From positions 1-25,201 of the forward strand of contig NW_021836217.1 in assembly GCF_006345805.1 (NCBI RefSeq): a stretch of 25,201 nt of DNA, given 5' to 3'. Made by a program: the position numbers and the translations under genes. This DNA comes from Octopus sinensis. Taxonomy: Eukaryota. The notes beneath the pieces were generated by a model. The model made no database searches and had not been told where the DNA came from. It was given only the letters and a program-made list of their open reading frames with translations. Positions 22,436-25,201 of the stretch are shown here, one piece after another; the stretch's first letter is position 1, and every line of letters begins with the position of its first letter.

Positions 22436-22576
22436 CATGCATTTTGTGCACTACTGAGTGCAGCTCGGTGTACTTTGGATATGTACATTAGTTTGGTTAA
22501 TATTATTTTTACAATACTGAAAGTGCTTTATGCAGGATGTGTGCTGTGTCTAGCAGTGTTATTTTCTCTGTTATAT

Positions 22577-22693
22577 ACGAGGGGCGTAGGAAAAGTCTTG
22601 AACCTTAAAAAGAAGCAAAACATAGTACAATACTTCTGATGATTTATTTTTCAACATAGCCCCACTCCAGCGGTGCTGAAGTGCCATTATCCC
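22577..22693 (-). mobile_element. Second mariner 3'-end relic
   Basis: Terminus TACGAGGGGCGTAGGAAAAGT; the reverse complement encodes GIMALQHRWS and, after a deletion, GYVEK*. Confidence 0.7.
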
Positions 22694-22704
22694 GGCGGAC
22701 GAGG

Positions 22705-23330
22705 CTGAAAGGAATGAGGACAGATACATTCCGCTTTGGTAGAGGTCTCATCGATTTCTTCAAGTTTGACTTGAAAAGGAAATTGAGAGAGAAGGGGAAG
22801 TGCTGTCCTCGAGTGAATTTATTGAAAGCTGGGTGAAAGTTGCGACAATGACAAGAGTGGATGGTATTTCTCTAAGTGCAGACCTGTGAGTCGGAGAGAA
22901 AGGGAACTGGAGAGGCCACTTGCTTTTGGTGTTCAGGGTAATATCGGACAGTGGGGTTCTTCGCTTATCCCTAGAGGCCTTCCTGTATCAGGAGGGCCAC
23001 ATCTTTAAGTGTAGACCTATGAGTCGGAGAGAAGGAATTGGAGAGGGCGTTTGCTCTGGGATTTCAGGAAAATCTCGGACAGTGGGGTTCCTCGATTATC
23101 ACTAGAGCCCTTCCTGTATCAGGAGGGCCATATCTCTATCATCCTCCCCCACCCTTTTTAAACCTTTGTATGCCATGCACATGTCCCTTTTTTTTCCAGT
23201 GTATACCATGTGTACTTAATTTCTTTCTTCTTTACTTTTTTATTTTTCCATTATATGTAAACCCCACACTTTACGGTCTGTCTTTGTATTGTCCCCTCAT
23301 CTTTCGTCCTTGTGGCAAGTAAATGAAATC
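22705..23330 (+). mobile_element. LINE 3' end (L1/Tx1-like, tentative) with a duplicated 3' UTR segment
   Basis: GRGLIDFFKFDLKRKLR / EVLSSSEFIESWVKVATMTRVDGISLSADL*, then a T-rich UTR ending in an (ATT)n tract; clade assigned from memory only. Confidence 0.55.
22873..23137. repeat. About 133-bp diverged tandem duplication, 2 copies
   Basis: TAAGTGYAGACCTRTGAGTCGGAGAGAA...CGGACAGTGGGGTTC...CTTCCTGTATCAGGAGGGCCA at 22873 and 23006. Confidence 0.92.
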
Positions 23331-23360
23331 ATTATTATTATTGTTATTATTATTATTATA

Positions 23361-23431
<71 letters not shown>
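23329..23431. repeat. (ATT)n microsatellite
   Basis: Direct reading. Confidence 0.95.
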
Positions 23432-23432
<1 letters not shown>

Positions 23433-24854
23433 TGCTTTATTTTAGGTATGTCCTTGTCTGCCTGTGATCCAGTACTGACGTTTTTCGATCAGCCAGTGTA
23501 CTATGCCATGGAACGATATTTTGAAAATGAAATTTCCATCAGACCATGTACCGTAGCTAATGGTGCCAATGAGCATTTCAAAGACGACGTCGTTGGGTGT
23601 TGAAACCGCCAGTTTCTTTCCCCTACGGGATCCACCTCGTAGACAACAAGTTTGAAATAAAGAGTTTAGAGAATATCGAATGATATATACGCATACAAAA
23701 CCAAATATCAAATCGAACGTCGTAGAAAAAGGAAAATGTATGCGGATGGCATATGAAATGATAGAAAAGAAAAGAGAGAAATAAAAATACGAATGACAAG
23801 AAAACGGAGAAATGAAAAGGAAAATTAATAATGAATGAAGGAAGTAAAATTTTAGCAATATTTTCGGTGTTAATCCGCTTACTAGAAAAAATCTATATGA
23901 AAAGATAAAACTCAAAGAAACAGACGACAGCGACTACAACTTTCACATCGCATACACACGCGCACACAGATTCCCACTCACACGCATACATGTTATATGT
24001 ATGTAAATTATATATGTAGTTGTTATAGATATATACATATATATTTTATATGTGTTGTGATTGTATTAATGGTCTATTTTTGCAGCAGTCAGATAACGCA
24101 GCTACACATCAGCTTCCCCATATTCTCGATTTTTCCATAATCATATAAATTTTGTATCATCCATCCATCCATCCATCCATCCATCAATCCAGCCATCCAG
24201 CCATACATCCATACGTACGTACATAAATACATACGTACAAGTACACATAGTGCTTGTGTTCCATTTTGCTGCGCACAGATTATAGTAAATAACTTCCTAA
24301 TCTATATACATATATCCATACACACACACGCACATATACATATATAATATATATATATAATATATATATATATATACATACATTACTACATATATATATA
24401 TTCATTCATACAAAAATACTACATACATATATATGCGTATGAATAATGAAATATTTATGAACCTTTTTATTTAAATCATGATAAAACGAACAACAGAGAC
24501 AGCAAGAGAGCAACATATGCTGTAATCTTTCAGTCATCGATCTACGGCCATACTGGGGCATTACCTTCGTCGATATTGATATGAATTATAAGAGTATAAA
24601 AAGAGAGGGCAAGTGAGCCGAAATTAGTAATGCACCAAGCAAGCAAACAAATATATGTATTTATATAAAATATGATCTCTTTGAACTGATATTTAAAACG
24701 AAAGAATATATATATATATATTTCAAAAAAATTATTATTATTTCAAGAAAAAACCGACAACGTGCACAGAAATGGCATTGAAAATAATGAGAAATCTCAG
24801 AACCAGCAAGCAACATTAATAATAACAATATAACAAATTCATCTCTGGTACCCC

Positions 24855-25201
24855 ATGAATGGACCAACAAATAGCCCCCTAAGTGGGTTAGTGGTGCAAC
24901 AAACTCTTCAGTATCCTTCTCTTCAGGATCCTTCTCTTCAGGATCCTTCTCTTCAGGATCCTTCTCTTCAGGATCAGTTAAATCCGTCCCTATTAAGGGC
25001 CATCTATGTAAAGGACCCCCCAAATGTCACAGTTGGCATAATACTCTGTCTGATAATTTTGGCTACAATCGTCGGGAATGTTTTGGTGTTCGTAGCAGTT
25101 TCTTTACGCAAGAACCTGCGCACAATTTCCAATATGTTTATAATGTCCCTAAGCGTTGCCGATTTCCTGGTCGGCACTGTTGTTATGATTCCCGCCATGT
25201 T
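24855..25201 (+). CDS. Class A (rhodopsin-like) biogenic-amine GPCR, N-terminus to TM2, truncated by the window end; possibly 5-HT6-like
   Basis: MNGPTNSPLSGLVVQQTLQYPSLQDPSLQDPSLQDPSLQDQLNPSLLRAIYVKDPPNVTVGIILCLIILATIVGNVLVFVAVSLRKNLRTISNMFIMSLSVADFLVGTVVMIPAM. Shows TM1 GNxLV, ICL1 LRTxxN, TM2 SLxxAD and VMxP, and an NVT sequon. An in-frame stop at 24831 precedes the ATG. Confidence 0.92.
   Translation, partial: MNGPTNSPLSGLVVQQTLQYPSLQDPSLQDPSLQDPSLQDQLNPSLLRAIYVKDPPNVTVGIILCLIILATIVGNVLVFVAVSLRKNLRTISNMFIMSLSVADFLVGTVVMIPAM
24903..24975 (+). repeat. 15-bp in-frame tandem repeat (CCTTCTCTTCAGGAT), 4 full copies plus a partial, inside the GPCR CDS
   Basis: Encodes (PSLQD)4 at 24915-24974. 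Confidence 0.95.

Noticed and set aside
23575-23615. Second hammerhead-like motif (AAGACGA...GAAACC)
   Set aside because: Core box does not match CUGANGA and stem II is mostly wobble pairs
24661-25198. Minus-strand ORFs, including (DPEEK)n
   Set aside because: Antisense shadows of the GPCR CDS on the plus strand

Overview
AT-rich eukaryotic (animal) DNA that is almost all non-coding and repeat-dominated. The SINE families, Dong/R4-, CR1- and Tx1-like LINE remnants and very long microsatellites resemble what I recall of Octopus genomes (inference, no search run). The only credible host gene is the 5' end of a class A aminergic GPCR (24855 to beyond the window end, + strand). The ORF track misses it because it has no stop in the window. 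The rest is nested tRNA-derived SINEs (three families, called A, B and C here), LINE 3' ends, Tc1/mariner relics, two Helitron/Helentron-like elements in (TA)n, a ~38-copy 30-bp minisatellite and simple repeats. The best oddities are an antisense 28S rRNA fragment inside a SINE tRNA head, a minisatellite that appears to derive from an inverted-repeat element end, a (PSLQD)4 repeat in the GPCR N-terminus, a degenerate minimal hammerhead motif, two long fold-back palindromes and Dong/R4 fragments in TAA-type microsatellites. I found no CRISPR array or prokaryote-type system. Most element boundaries are approximate.
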